A DNA stretch of 32,933 nt, taken from assembly GCA_018662715.1 (NCBI GenBank), contig JABJFP010000114.1:1-32933 (forward strand), in the 5' to 3' direction. Both the position numbers and the translations under genes were made by a program. Shown piece after piece: positions 8,172-15,675 of this stretch (positions within the stretch are counted from its first letter, which is position 1; each line of letters starts with the position of its first letter). Below the pieces are notes generated by a model that was not told where the DNA came from, made no database searches, and worked only from the letters and a program-made list of their open reading frames with translations. The DNA is from Methanobacteriota archaeon. Lineage in GTDB: Archaea; Thermoplasmatota; Poseidoniia; Poseidoniales; Poseidoniaceae.

Positions 8172-10228
8172 GCTTCAGCGGTTTCAGCCTTCTTTGCTTC
8201 GATTTTGGCATCGTTTGCTTTGATTTGCTCCCAAACCAATTCAGCAACGTCCTTGACTTCCATATCCGAACCAATGGCATTGAGCCCGTCGGTGACCATG
8301 GTTGAGCAGAACGGACATCCGACGGCTACGGTTTCAGCTCCTGTGGCGGCGAGTTCCTTTGAGCGGATGACGTTAACACGGTCGTAGCCGTCATCAACAT
8401 GCTCTTCCATCCACATTTGAGCGCCACCTGCGCCACAGCAGAACGAATCTCGTCCATGGCGTTCAGCCTCTACATCAACTCCGCCAATGGCATCCCGAGG
8501 AGCGTCTAATTCGCCACCAATGCGGCCAAGATAGCACGGGTCGTGATAGGTCACGGTTCCATCATGCTTCGGTTCTGGAAGCTTTCCTTCCTTTTGGAGA
8601 TGGTTAATGAGTTGGGAGTGGTGCATGACTTCAATATCTTCCCCTCCATAGTCCTTGTATTCTTTTCCGAGAGTATGGAAACAATGCGGGCATGAGGCTA
8701 CGACCTTTTTCACACCGATTTCCTCAAAGGTAGCGAGATTCGTTTCGGCCAGCATTTGGAAGAGGTATTCGTTTCCAGCACGGCGTGCAGCATCTCCGCT
8801 ACATCCTTCTTGCATACCAAGAATTCCAACATCCAGGCCTGCTTCCTTCATGATGCTGATCGTATCGCGAGCGACCTTCTTGTTGCGTTCGTCAAAGGAT
8901 GCCGCACATCCTGCGAAGTAAATGTATTCGGCTGGTTCTGCGACTTTGACATCCAACCCTTCAGCCCAGTCTCCTCGTTCGTGGGATGGGAGTCCGTATG
9001 GGTTTGAGTCCGATTCCAAGTTTTCAATGGTCGCCATCAAAGGCATGACGGTGTCTTCGACCTTTTCGTCAAATTCCATTCGCTCCATCATCAAGTGGCG
9101 ACGAGCATCGGTAAGTTTTGGCACGTGGTCAATGTAAATGGGACATGCTTCAACACATGCGTGGCAGGTTGTACAAGCCCAAATGGCGTCTTCACCAAAG
9201 CGAGCGATGATGTCTTCTTCTGGAGTCTCACCAGCAAGGAGTGTTCCAGAATGGTCGTTAGCATAGTGGCGGACATCATGAATGATTTCCATTGGGTTGA
9301 GAGCCTTTCCGCTCGCATATGCAGGACATACATCTTGACATCTGGCACATGAGGTACACGCCCATCCATCGATGAGGTCTCGCCATGTAAAGTCGGTATA
9401 GTTCACAGCGCCAAAAGATTCCAAATCGAGGTCATCAAGCAGAACGGCCTTGCCGTCTTCACCACGGGCTAGAGGTTCCATCGTAGCCATAGGGCGCAAG
9501 TCATGGAAGAACACGTTTGGGAAGGCCATGACTAAATGCATGTGCTTTGAGAGTGGAATCAAAAACAAGAACACACAGATAGCGACCATGTGAGCCCAAT
9601 AGGCTGCAATCACCAAGCTGGTACTCGGTACTATGGTTGTAGCGACCCACCATCCGATGGGTTCCCATGTTTTGGAGATGGTAGATTCGCCGGCTTCCAC
9701 CACAAAGGATGTGGTTGTGATGGTCATGATGAGAAGAAGGATTGCGTTGCCTTCAAGCTGAGACTTCCCCTTGAGTTTCTCAGGAGTAAAGGCAACCCTA
9801 CGAATCAAAGCAGCCACGCAGCCAATGAAAGCGATGGTGTATCCGGTTTCAACCACCATATTCCAAGGGCCTCGAAGCAGTTCAGGAAGTACCTTTTGAG
9901 AGAATTGATTGCCCGTTGCGAGATCGAACATATCGGTTGAGAGCATCAAGAAACCCCAAAACATGAGGACGTGAATGCCTCCAGCAACTCGGTCTTTCAG
10001 AACTTTCTTTTGTCCAAGCCAACCTGTGGCGACCTCTTTGATTCGGGTTCCCCAATTATCAAACCGGTTTTCCGGCTTTCCTTTGAGAACCAATCGTGAG
10101 GCCTTCTGAACTTGATAGAGGAAAAACCCTCCAGATACTCCAAAGAGCATCAACAAAATTACCCATCCAGGAATGGGTCCATAGTCCAAAAACAGGGGAT
10201 GTTCCATGCTGCTCACCGCCAAAGACAT
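8168..10228 (-). CDS. Membrane-bound Fe-S oxidoreductase: N-terminal multi-TM (His-containing, NarI/DsrM-like) domain fused to a 2x[4Fe-4S] ferredoxin domain and two CCG cysteine-rich domains (HdrD/DsrK/GlpC/EtfD-like)
   Basis: TM segments contain conserved His residues (GGIHVLMFWGF, AYWAHMV...KHMHLV). Ferredoxin motifs: CTSCARCQDVCP and CTTCHACVEACP. CCG-type domains: ...CSG...CPHC and ...FCCGAGG...CPFC. Candidate starts are ATG 10228, ATG 10207 (MEHPLF...) and the track's TTG 10276. Confidence 0.85.
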   Translation of the reverse strand: MSLAVSSMEHPLFLDYGPIPGWVILLMLFGVSGGFFLYQVQKASRLVLKGKPENRFDNWGTRIKEVATGWLGQKKVLKDRVAGGIHVLMFWGFLMLSTDMFDLATGNQFSQKVLPELLRGPWNMVVETGYTIAFIGCVAALIRRVAFTPEKLKGKSQLEGNAILLLIMTITTTSFVVEAGESTISKTWEPIGWWVATTIVPSTSLVIAAYWAHMVAICVFLFLIPLSKHMHLVMAFPNVFFHDLRPMATMEPLARGEDGKAVLLDDLDLESFGAVNYTDFTWRDLIDGWACTSCARCQDVCPAYASGKALNPMEIIHDVRHYANDHSGTLLAGETPEEDIIARFGEDAIWACTTCHACVEACPIYIDHVPKLTDARRHLMMERMEFDEKVEDTVMPLMATIENLESDSNPYGLPSHERGDWAEGLDVKVAEPAEYIYFAGCAASFDERNKKVARDTISIMKEAGLDVGILGMQEGCSGDAARRAGNEYLFQMLAETNLATFEEIGVKKVVASCPHCFHTLGKEYKDYGGEDIEVMHHSQLINHLQKEGKLPEPKHDGTVTYHDPCYLGRIGGELDAPRDAIGGVDVEAERHGRDSFCCGAGGAQMWMEEHVDDGYDRVNVIRSKELAATGAETVAVGCPFCSTMVTDGLNAIGSDMEVKDVAELVWEQIKANDAKIEAKKAETAEA

Positions 10229-10338
10229 GCTCGGGCAGGTCTCCGAGAGGGAGACGCACTTTGAAACCACCGTCAAAAATCAACGAGATGACTCGTGGTT
10301 GTGAGAAGGAATATGAAGGCCGACCGCTTCTAGTGACC

Positions 10339-11361
10339 ATGGGCCTTGACGGAGACGCTACGACGGCGAGCGCTCCGGCCAAATGTATCCTCTTCGGAGA
10401 ACATGCAGTTGTTTACGGCGAACCAGCGGTTGCAGTGGCCCTTGAACAGCGTCTACATGTACGCATCTCTCCTGCTAAATCATGGAGCATTGACGGCAGT
10501 TCCCTTACCGCAAAACGCCACCCACACATCCATCATCTCGTCCATGCTCTGTGGACCAATACAAGCGAGCCAAAGCCCCTCTCCGTCCATGTAACCGGCG
10601 ACATTCCACGTGCTTCTGGACTTGGCTCAAGTGCCGCGCTTAGTGTTGCGCTGTGTGCTGCTTTAGATACGAGCCGCATGAATTCAGGAAACGGCCTTAA
10701 TCACGATGAAATGAGCCATCTCGCCCACATGGCAGAAGCAACTGCCCAATCCGGACGAGCATCCCCCATGGATACATCGACAAGCACTCTTGGAGGAGTT
10801 GTTGTCCTATCCGATAAGAAAGAAGACGGGTGTGAATGGGCGTTTACCCGACAACTCGAGACACCTGAGGGGATGCGAACTTGGGAGATTCATACAATGA
10901 CCCCACCACAAGATGATGTTTACCTCGTCTTGGGGAACACTGGTGTTCACGCTCCAACATCTCACCAAGTCGCACTCGTCGCTGCTGCTCTCGAAGCCAA
11001 TCCGAAGCGGATCAACGAGATACGAGCCATCGGAAGTATATCTCGGCGTGGATTAAAAGCCCTCCAAGAAGGAAATTACGATGCTGTTGGCCATGCAATG
11101 AGCGAAAACCACCTCATTTTACGAAACCTTGGTGTTTCATCGGAAGAGCTTGAAACCCTAATTTCGGCAGCCTTGCCAACTGCACTCGGAGCGAAACTAA
11201 CCGGTGCAGGAGGCGGTGGATGTATGGTGGCGTTAACGCGACAGCCCAAGGCAACAAGCGAAGCGATTGAGCTTGCCGGTGGACGGACGCTTATCTCGCG
11301 GCTTGGAAATCCCGGCGCAACCCTCATTGAAGGGCCTAAAGAGACTTTTTGGCGTGACTGA
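10339..11361 (+). CDS. mvk: Mevalonate kinase (GHMP kinase)
   Basis: N-terminal motif APAKCILFGEHAVVYGEPAVAVA. GHMP motif PRASGLGSSAALSVA. C-terminal motif KLTGAGGGGC. ATG 10339 places the N-terminal motif at the usual distance. The track ORF start at 10096 is antisense to the neighbouring gene; ATG 10288 is also possible. Confidence 0.9.
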   Translation: MGLDGDATTASAPAKCILFGEHAVVYGEPAVAVALEQRLHVRISPAKSWSIDGSSLTAKRHPHIHHLVHALWTNTSEPKPLSVHVTGDIPRASGLGSSAALSVALCAALDTSRMNSGNGLNHDEMSHLAHMAEATAQSGRASPMDTSTSTLGGVVVLSDKKEDGCEWAFTRQLETPEGMRTWEIHTMTPPQDDVYLVLGNTGVHAPTSHQVALVAAALEANPKRINEIRAIGSISRRGLKALQEGNYDAVGHAMSENHLILRNLGVSSEELETLISAALPTALGAKLTGAGGGGCMVALTRQPKATSEAIELAGGRTLISRLGNPGATLIEGPKETFWRD

Positions 11362-11371
11362 GCACCTTGTT

Positions 11372-11398
11372 GGCCCCCTTGCAGAATCGTGAGGGGCC
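11372..11398 (+). terminator. GC-rich hairpin downstream of mvk
   Basis: GGCCCC...15-nt loop...GGGGCC forms a 6-bp G/C stem 11 nt after the mvk stop. Its function as a terminator or RNA stabiliser is not established in archaea. Confidence 0.3.
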
Positions 11399-11415
11399 GA
11401 AATTCCTTTTATATA
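11398..11415 (+). promoter_or_regulatory. Archaeal BRE/TATA promoter of the TBP gene
   Basis: TTTATATA at 11408-11415 is preceded by purine-rich CGAAA. The TATA centre lies about 26-27 nt upstream of the ATG at 11438. That is the spacing expected for a leaderless transcript. Confidence 0.65.
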
Positions 11416-11437
11416 CTAAAGGTCATTGGGGTTATAT

Positions 11438-12052
11438 ATGACCACCGATGAAGAACGCCTAACTGTCGTAAACGTAGTTGCAAGCACCCGTGTTGCTGAA
11501 GAACTTGACCTTCCAGACATCGCTATTCAACTCAACTGCGAGTATGAGCCCGAACAATTTCCTGGTGTCGTTTACCGAGTCACCGAACCAAAACTTGCAA
11601 TCCTCATGTTCCGCTCCGGACGTGCTGTGTGCACTGGCGGAAAGGACGAAGACAACATCCACACAGGTATTGACCGAATGATCAAGGACCTGCGCGCTGC
11701 TGGAATTGAAACCTGGGACCTCAAGGACGTCACCATCGAAGTCCAAAACATGGTCGCTACATATGCACTCCACTACCCCGAAGATTACGACGGTGTTGAC
11801 AAGTTCACAGGCGAGCCTCAAGCAGGAGTCCCTCGCAAACTCAACCTCAACCACTTGACCTTCCACTTGCCCTTTGACAAAGTGGAATACGAGCCAGAAC
11901 AATTCCCAGGACTCATCTACCGACTTGACGACCCTAAGGTCGTATGTCTCATCTTCGGATCAGGTAAGATGGTCATCACCGGCGCCCGTCACAAAGACGA
12001 GATTCTTGAAGCCGTTGAAATCATCAAGGACGAACTTGCTGACCTTCTCTGA
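11438..12052 (+). CDS. tbp: TATA-box binding protein (TBP), two direct repeats, with an insertion of about 20 aa in repeat 2
   Basis: Both repeats are recognisable: VVNVVAS...CEYEPEQFPGVVYRV...FRSGRAVCTGGK and VQNMVAT...VEYEPEQFPGLIYRL...FGSGKMVITGARH. The ATG at 11438 is preferred over the track's TTG at 11426. Confidence 0.95.
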   Translation: MTTDEERLTVVNVVASTRVAEELDLPDIAIQLNCEYEPEQFPGVVYRVTEPKLAILMFRSGRAVCTGGKDEDNIHTGIDRMIKDLRAAGIETWDLKDVTIEVQNMVATYALHYPEDYDGVDKFTGEPQAGVPRKLNLNHLTFHLPFDKVEYEPEQFPGLIYRLDDPKVVCLIFGSGKMVITGARHKDEILEAVEIIKDELADLL

Positions 12053-12069
12053 GAGGAGGATGCAGGTCG

Positions 12070-12089
12070 ACGCTTCTGAAGAGAAGCGT
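12070..12089 (+). terminator. Perfect 8-bp hairpin downstream of tbp
   Basis: ACGCTTCT-GAAG-AGAAGCGT begins 18 nt after the tbp stop and ends immediately before the TGATG at 12090-12094. Confidence 0.4.
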
Positions 12090-12091
12090 TG

Positions 12092-15000
12092 ATGGTCTCT
12101 TTCTCACCTGCGTTCAGCATGGGAAGCAGTAGACGGTCCGTCTTCGTGCCCGGCTTGATGGCCGCATTGCTCCTCGTCACGATGATTCCATTGGAACATC
12201 CAGTGCTTGAAGAATCGTCTACGGTGCTGCATTCAGGAGGATACGACCCCGGCGTCTCTGATGTCCCAACATGGAGAATCGGTGACCGCTGGATATACTC
12301 TGGGACCTTTGATCCAACAATTCTTGTTACCGACACGGGAGTTGACGCCACCGTTGGTGAAATTCAAGGCGACACGACTTCTGAAGTGACTGCAATTTCA
12401 ATGCAAAATGTCGACAACATGTCTGTTCTTGCCTATACCCTACGCTCAAGCGCAAACTTCGATAAATCGGGTGTTTCCCTTGAAGGATTCTCCGGAAACG
12501 TATACATTGAGTACACCCAAACTGAATACCTTCGTGTAAGTGATTTATCCCCAATCCGAAGTGACCTCGACATGTACATACGGTTCGTTCCAAGCGGAAT
12601 TTCGTTCTTGGAACAAATCCTTGGAGACATTACGATCTCGACGACCTATTCTCCAGTCAACGAGAATTATGATTTTCCATTACGAGCCAATGAACGTTGG
12701 ACTACGATGACAACGTCCTATGTCCAATGGTCGGGTCAAAGCGATTACATTACGCCCTTCCCGCCTCCAGTAACTGAAACCAATACCACAACCTGGGTTG
12801 TGTCTGATGTGGGGAGACCTACCAATTCCTTTGGTCAATCGACCGACTATGGTGGTTGCAATGGTTCGTATGAGATGGTGTCGTACAACAGCGAAGGTGA
12901 TTCAGAAGGTTACAGATGGTATTGTCCTGAAGTTGGAAACTATGCTTGGTTACACACCGAAGACGATATTGGACTCACCATTGACTTCCGGCTTAAGCGG
13001 TACGACCCTGTAGGAGCATCAGGAGTTGACCCGTATTCAAATCCAGGCTCAAGAGACTCGTGTCTAGAAGTCAATCCCGAACGAAGCATCACCGCTCTCA
13101 ACACACCAATGCAGGTTTGGGTCAATGCATCCTCAAGTTGCTTTACCAATCCTTCTGGAGTCAATCTTGAACTTCATCATGAACACGAAGGGATTGTCAA
13201 ATCCCTGACAACCGCTGCAAACGGAAGCGCATGGACAACCATTGACATCGGGGATGCACGTGATTCATCCGACAGCCAAACGGACTATGCAAGCCACGGT
13301 TTAGTCGCCAAATCTGGTTCCTTTGTGGGAGCGAGCACCGTCACACTGGACCAATATTTGGTAGGGCTGGATGTGTTCGCTGACGCTGAAGCTGCACAAA
13401 TTCTTAGAAACCGAAGCGGTGTAATCACTCCGCTTAATGCCCTATCAGGTTACAATGTCCTTCCTGGTGATGATTTGGAAATTGAAGTCTCGTTTAACAA
13501 TCGGGGGATCACCGCATCCACCGCAACTGAAGCAGTCATCACCTTACCTGGTGGACTCACCAACAAAGTGCCGCTGCCAGCCCTTGAAACCTATCAGGTG
13601 CACAAGGTGGCTCTCAATTGGACCGTACCGATTACCGCGGAAATCGGCACGCAGAGTTTGATGTGGGAAGCAGACCCTGACGGAATCAATTCTGCTGATG
13701 CTAACCCTTCCAACAATCTTGCTATAATCGACCTCTTTGTTGGACGGGTCCCAACTCCCGTTGTCAACGGCTCATCAGGGCTAACCAACGAATATATCCT
13801 CCTTGACGCCTCGGAAAGTTTCGATGAAGATGGAGGCAATGTCTCCTGCAAATTCAACGTGCCATTTGACGATGGGAGCCGCACTTGGTCCACTCTGAAA
13901 GTGCTATCACCAGATTGCATACTCAACTATTCGTGGATTGATGACGGTTCTTATCCTGTAGAAATCACCGTTATCGACGAAGAACGGGATGAAGTGAATC
14001 TCACCGTTATGGTCGACGTCTTGAACCGTGCACCGTTATTAGAGGTCAGAAGTGCACGAACTGAGGCAATGGTAGAGTATCCCATCACACTCTACGCCTA
14101 TGCAAACGATTCGGATTCAGAAGACGTATGGCCTGGCGTGGTTGATATCTATTGGCCTGGTGCAAACTGTAAGGAAGGATACTACACACGAACATGCACG
14201 ACCACATCAACAAAGGAAGGATGGAACACGTTTACTGCCGTGGGGTTGGATGACGATAGCACCATGGCAACGGCAACGATAGACATCCGGTTTACCAATA
14301 TCAAACCGCACAGCGTGAACATACAACTGGTCGACCAAAATGGGCCGATCCTCATGGACGCCCAGAATACATGGCACGTTACCGAAGACCAACTGGTCCT
14401 GGTGAAAGGGCAAGCACAAGACTCCATTGACGACATTGATGAACTCACCCACACGTGGTGGCCCGATGATGCCCAACCCTCACTCATACGCACATTTGAC
14501 GGGCGCACATCCGAATTTGACATGATCTGGCACGAAGCGGGTTTGCACAAAATGAGGCTTGAAATCACGGACTCCGAAGGTGAATCAAGCGGTGTTGAAG
14601 AACGGTGGATTAGTGTAGCAAACATAGCACCCAGCATAGAGCCACTGGCCCAAATTCTACCTATTGCTGAAGGGCAAAGCATTAGCGTGTCGGGAACTTC
14701 TTCCGATTCAAGTTCCGACCAAGAAACACTGATCCGTTGTTGGGACATTGACCCGAGCATGGACTCCAATGATATCGGCAGCGCAGATGACGATTGTGAC
14801 GTCATTGGCGACAATCTTACTATTTCTTGGAACCGAAGTGGAACCCATAAGTTGGTGTACCACGTGACTGATAATGACGGAGCGCACACGAGTGAAGTTC
14901 TGACGGTTGAAGTATTGAACACACCACCTCTCATTCGTACTGCGAACGTAGCATGTGTAGCCTATGAGCCGTGTACGCTCGATGCGCAATCAACGATTGA

Positions 15001-15628
15001 TGCACTCAATGATTTGGAGGGATTAACCATCGTCTGGGACGTTGATATTGAATTTGATAGTAATGAAGATGGTATTCTCGACAACGACGCTGACATCATC
15101 GGTAAGACCGTCACCTATACGTTCCGTAAAGCAGGAACTCAATCCATCAAAGTGATGGCATGGGATGAGGACCCACAGCGACCGGGAACCAAAGTCATCA
15201 CGTTCGCTGTAGCTCCTGCCGATCGTACAGCATTGGAAAATATCGGGGCTTCGTTGGCTGGAGAAGATGCAAATCCAATGATGCAAGGAGGATTGCTCGT
15301 AGTACTGCTTGGACTTTTGTTGATGTTCTCACGACGAAAATCAAAATCCGGAGAAGAAGAGATGTGGGGTGATGTATCTCAGAGCTTGATGGTTGAAAAT
15401 AATGAATCCCGCGAGGATGCACTTGCTGAAAAGCGTCCAAATTCTCCACCGCCAGAATATCTATTCCAAGTAGCCCTAGAAAATGCGCCGAAGACCATTG
15501 GGGTACACGCTTCACCTCCTGCTGATGGAAACGGCCCTCCGTTACCTGAGACTGGACTTCCCGAAGGGTGGACCGCCGAACAATGGTCTTACTACGGCCA
15601 ACAGTGGCTGGAATCGCAGAATCCGTGA
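12092..15628 (+). CDS. Giant type-I surface protein A: novel N-terminal domain, CARDB domain, multiple PKD-like Ig domains, TM anchor, cytoplasmic tail
   Basis: Signal peptide with an RR (SSRRSVFVPGLMAALLLVTMIP). CARDB-like segment (LEIEVSFNNRG...ADPDGINSADANPSNN). Repeated PKD-type endings (GTHKLVYHVTDNDGAHTSEVLTVEVLN and others). TM helix GGLLVVLLGLLLMF (about 15278-15328). The 99-aa tail contains PPPEY, GPPLPE and GLPEGWTAEQWSYYGQQWL. Alternative start ATG 12119; the track start 12089 is a TTG. Confidence 0.85.
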   Translation: MVSFSPAFSMGSSRRSVFVPGLMAALLLVTMIPLEHPVLEESSTVLHSGGYDPGVSDVPTWRIGDRWIYSGTFDPTILVTDTGVDATVGEIQGDTTSEVTAISMQNVDNMSVLAYTLRSSANFDKSGVSLEGFSGNVYIEYTQTEYLRVSDLSPIRSDLDMYIRFVPSGISFLEQILGDITISTTYSPVNENYDFPLRANERWTTMTTSYVQWSGQSDYITPFPPPVTETNTTTWVVSDVGRPTNSFGQSTDYGGCNGSYEMVSYNSEGDSEGYRWYCPEVGNYAWLHTEDDIGLTIDFRLKRYDPVGASGVDPYSNPGSRDSCLEVNPERSITALNTPMQVWVNASSSCFTNPSGVNLELHHEHEGIVKSLTTAANGSAWTTIDIGDARDSSDSQTDYASHGLVAKSGSFVGASTVTLDQYLVGLDVFADAEAAQILRNRSGVITPLNALSGYNVLPGDDLEIEVSFNNRGITASTATEAVITLPGGLTNKVPLPALETYQVHKVALNWTVPITAEIGTQSLMWEADPDGINSADANPSNNLAIIDLFVGRVPTPVVNGSSGLTNEYILLDASESFDEDGGNVSCKFNVPFDDGSRTWSTLKVLSPDCILNYSWIDDGSYPVEITVIDEERDEVNLTVMVDVLNRAPLLEVRSARTEAMVEYPITLYAYANDSDSEDVWPGVVDIYWPGANCKEGYYTRTCTTTSTKEGWNTFTAVGLDDDSTMATATIDIRFTNIKPHSVNIQLVDQNGPILMDAQNTWHVTEDQLVLVKGQAQDSIDDIDELTHTWWPDDAQPSLIRTFDGRTSEFDMIWHEAGLHKMRLEITDSEGESSGVEERWISVANIAPSIEPLAQILPIAEGQSISVSGTSSDSSSDQETLIRCWDIDPSMDSNDIGSADDDCDVIGDNLTISWNRSGTHKLVYHVTDNDGAHTSEVLTVEVLNTPPLIRTANVACVAYEPCTLDAQSTIDALNDLEGLTIVWDVDIEFDSNEDGILDNDADIIGKTVTYTFRKAGTQSIKVMAWDEDPQRPGTKVITFAVAPADRTALENIGASLAGEDANPMMQGGLLVVLLGLLLMFSRRKSKSGEEEMWGDVSQSLMVENNESREDALAEKRPNSPPPEYLFQVALENAPKTIGVHASPPADGNGPPLPETGLPEGWTAEQWSYYGQQWLESQNP
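15554..15610 (+). other. Conserved W/Y-rich cytoplasmic tail motif, copy in protein A
   Basis: GLPEGWTAEQWSYYGQQWL, 7 residues from the C-terminus. It matches the protein B copy at 15 of 19 positions. Confidence 0.8.
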
Positions 15629-15675
15629 AGCGGCAGGGGACACTTCCTAAAGTATGAGAACACCCACGACGATGC

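Noticed and set aside
10096-10338. N-terminal 81-aa extension of the mevalonate kinase ORF in the track.
   Set aside because: The extension is antisense to the membrane domain of the Fe-S oxidoreductase and is Arg/Pro-rich. The conserved mvk N-terminal motif begins right after ATG 10339.
14182-14934. 250-aa antisense ORF inside giant gene A, with a nested 89-aa ORF at 14207-14476.
   Set aside because: The product is Ser/Val-rich, low-complexity and without motifs. It lies opposite a region whose plus-strand frame encodes clear PKD-type domains, so it is a typical shadow ORF.
15554-15610. Calling the LPEGW...YYG..W tail motif a bona fide WW domain.
   Set aside because: The spacing between the flanking Trp residues is about 11 residues rather than about 21. 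The segment is too short for a three-stranded WW fold, and no terminal Pro follows in the right register. I kept it as an unassigned motif.
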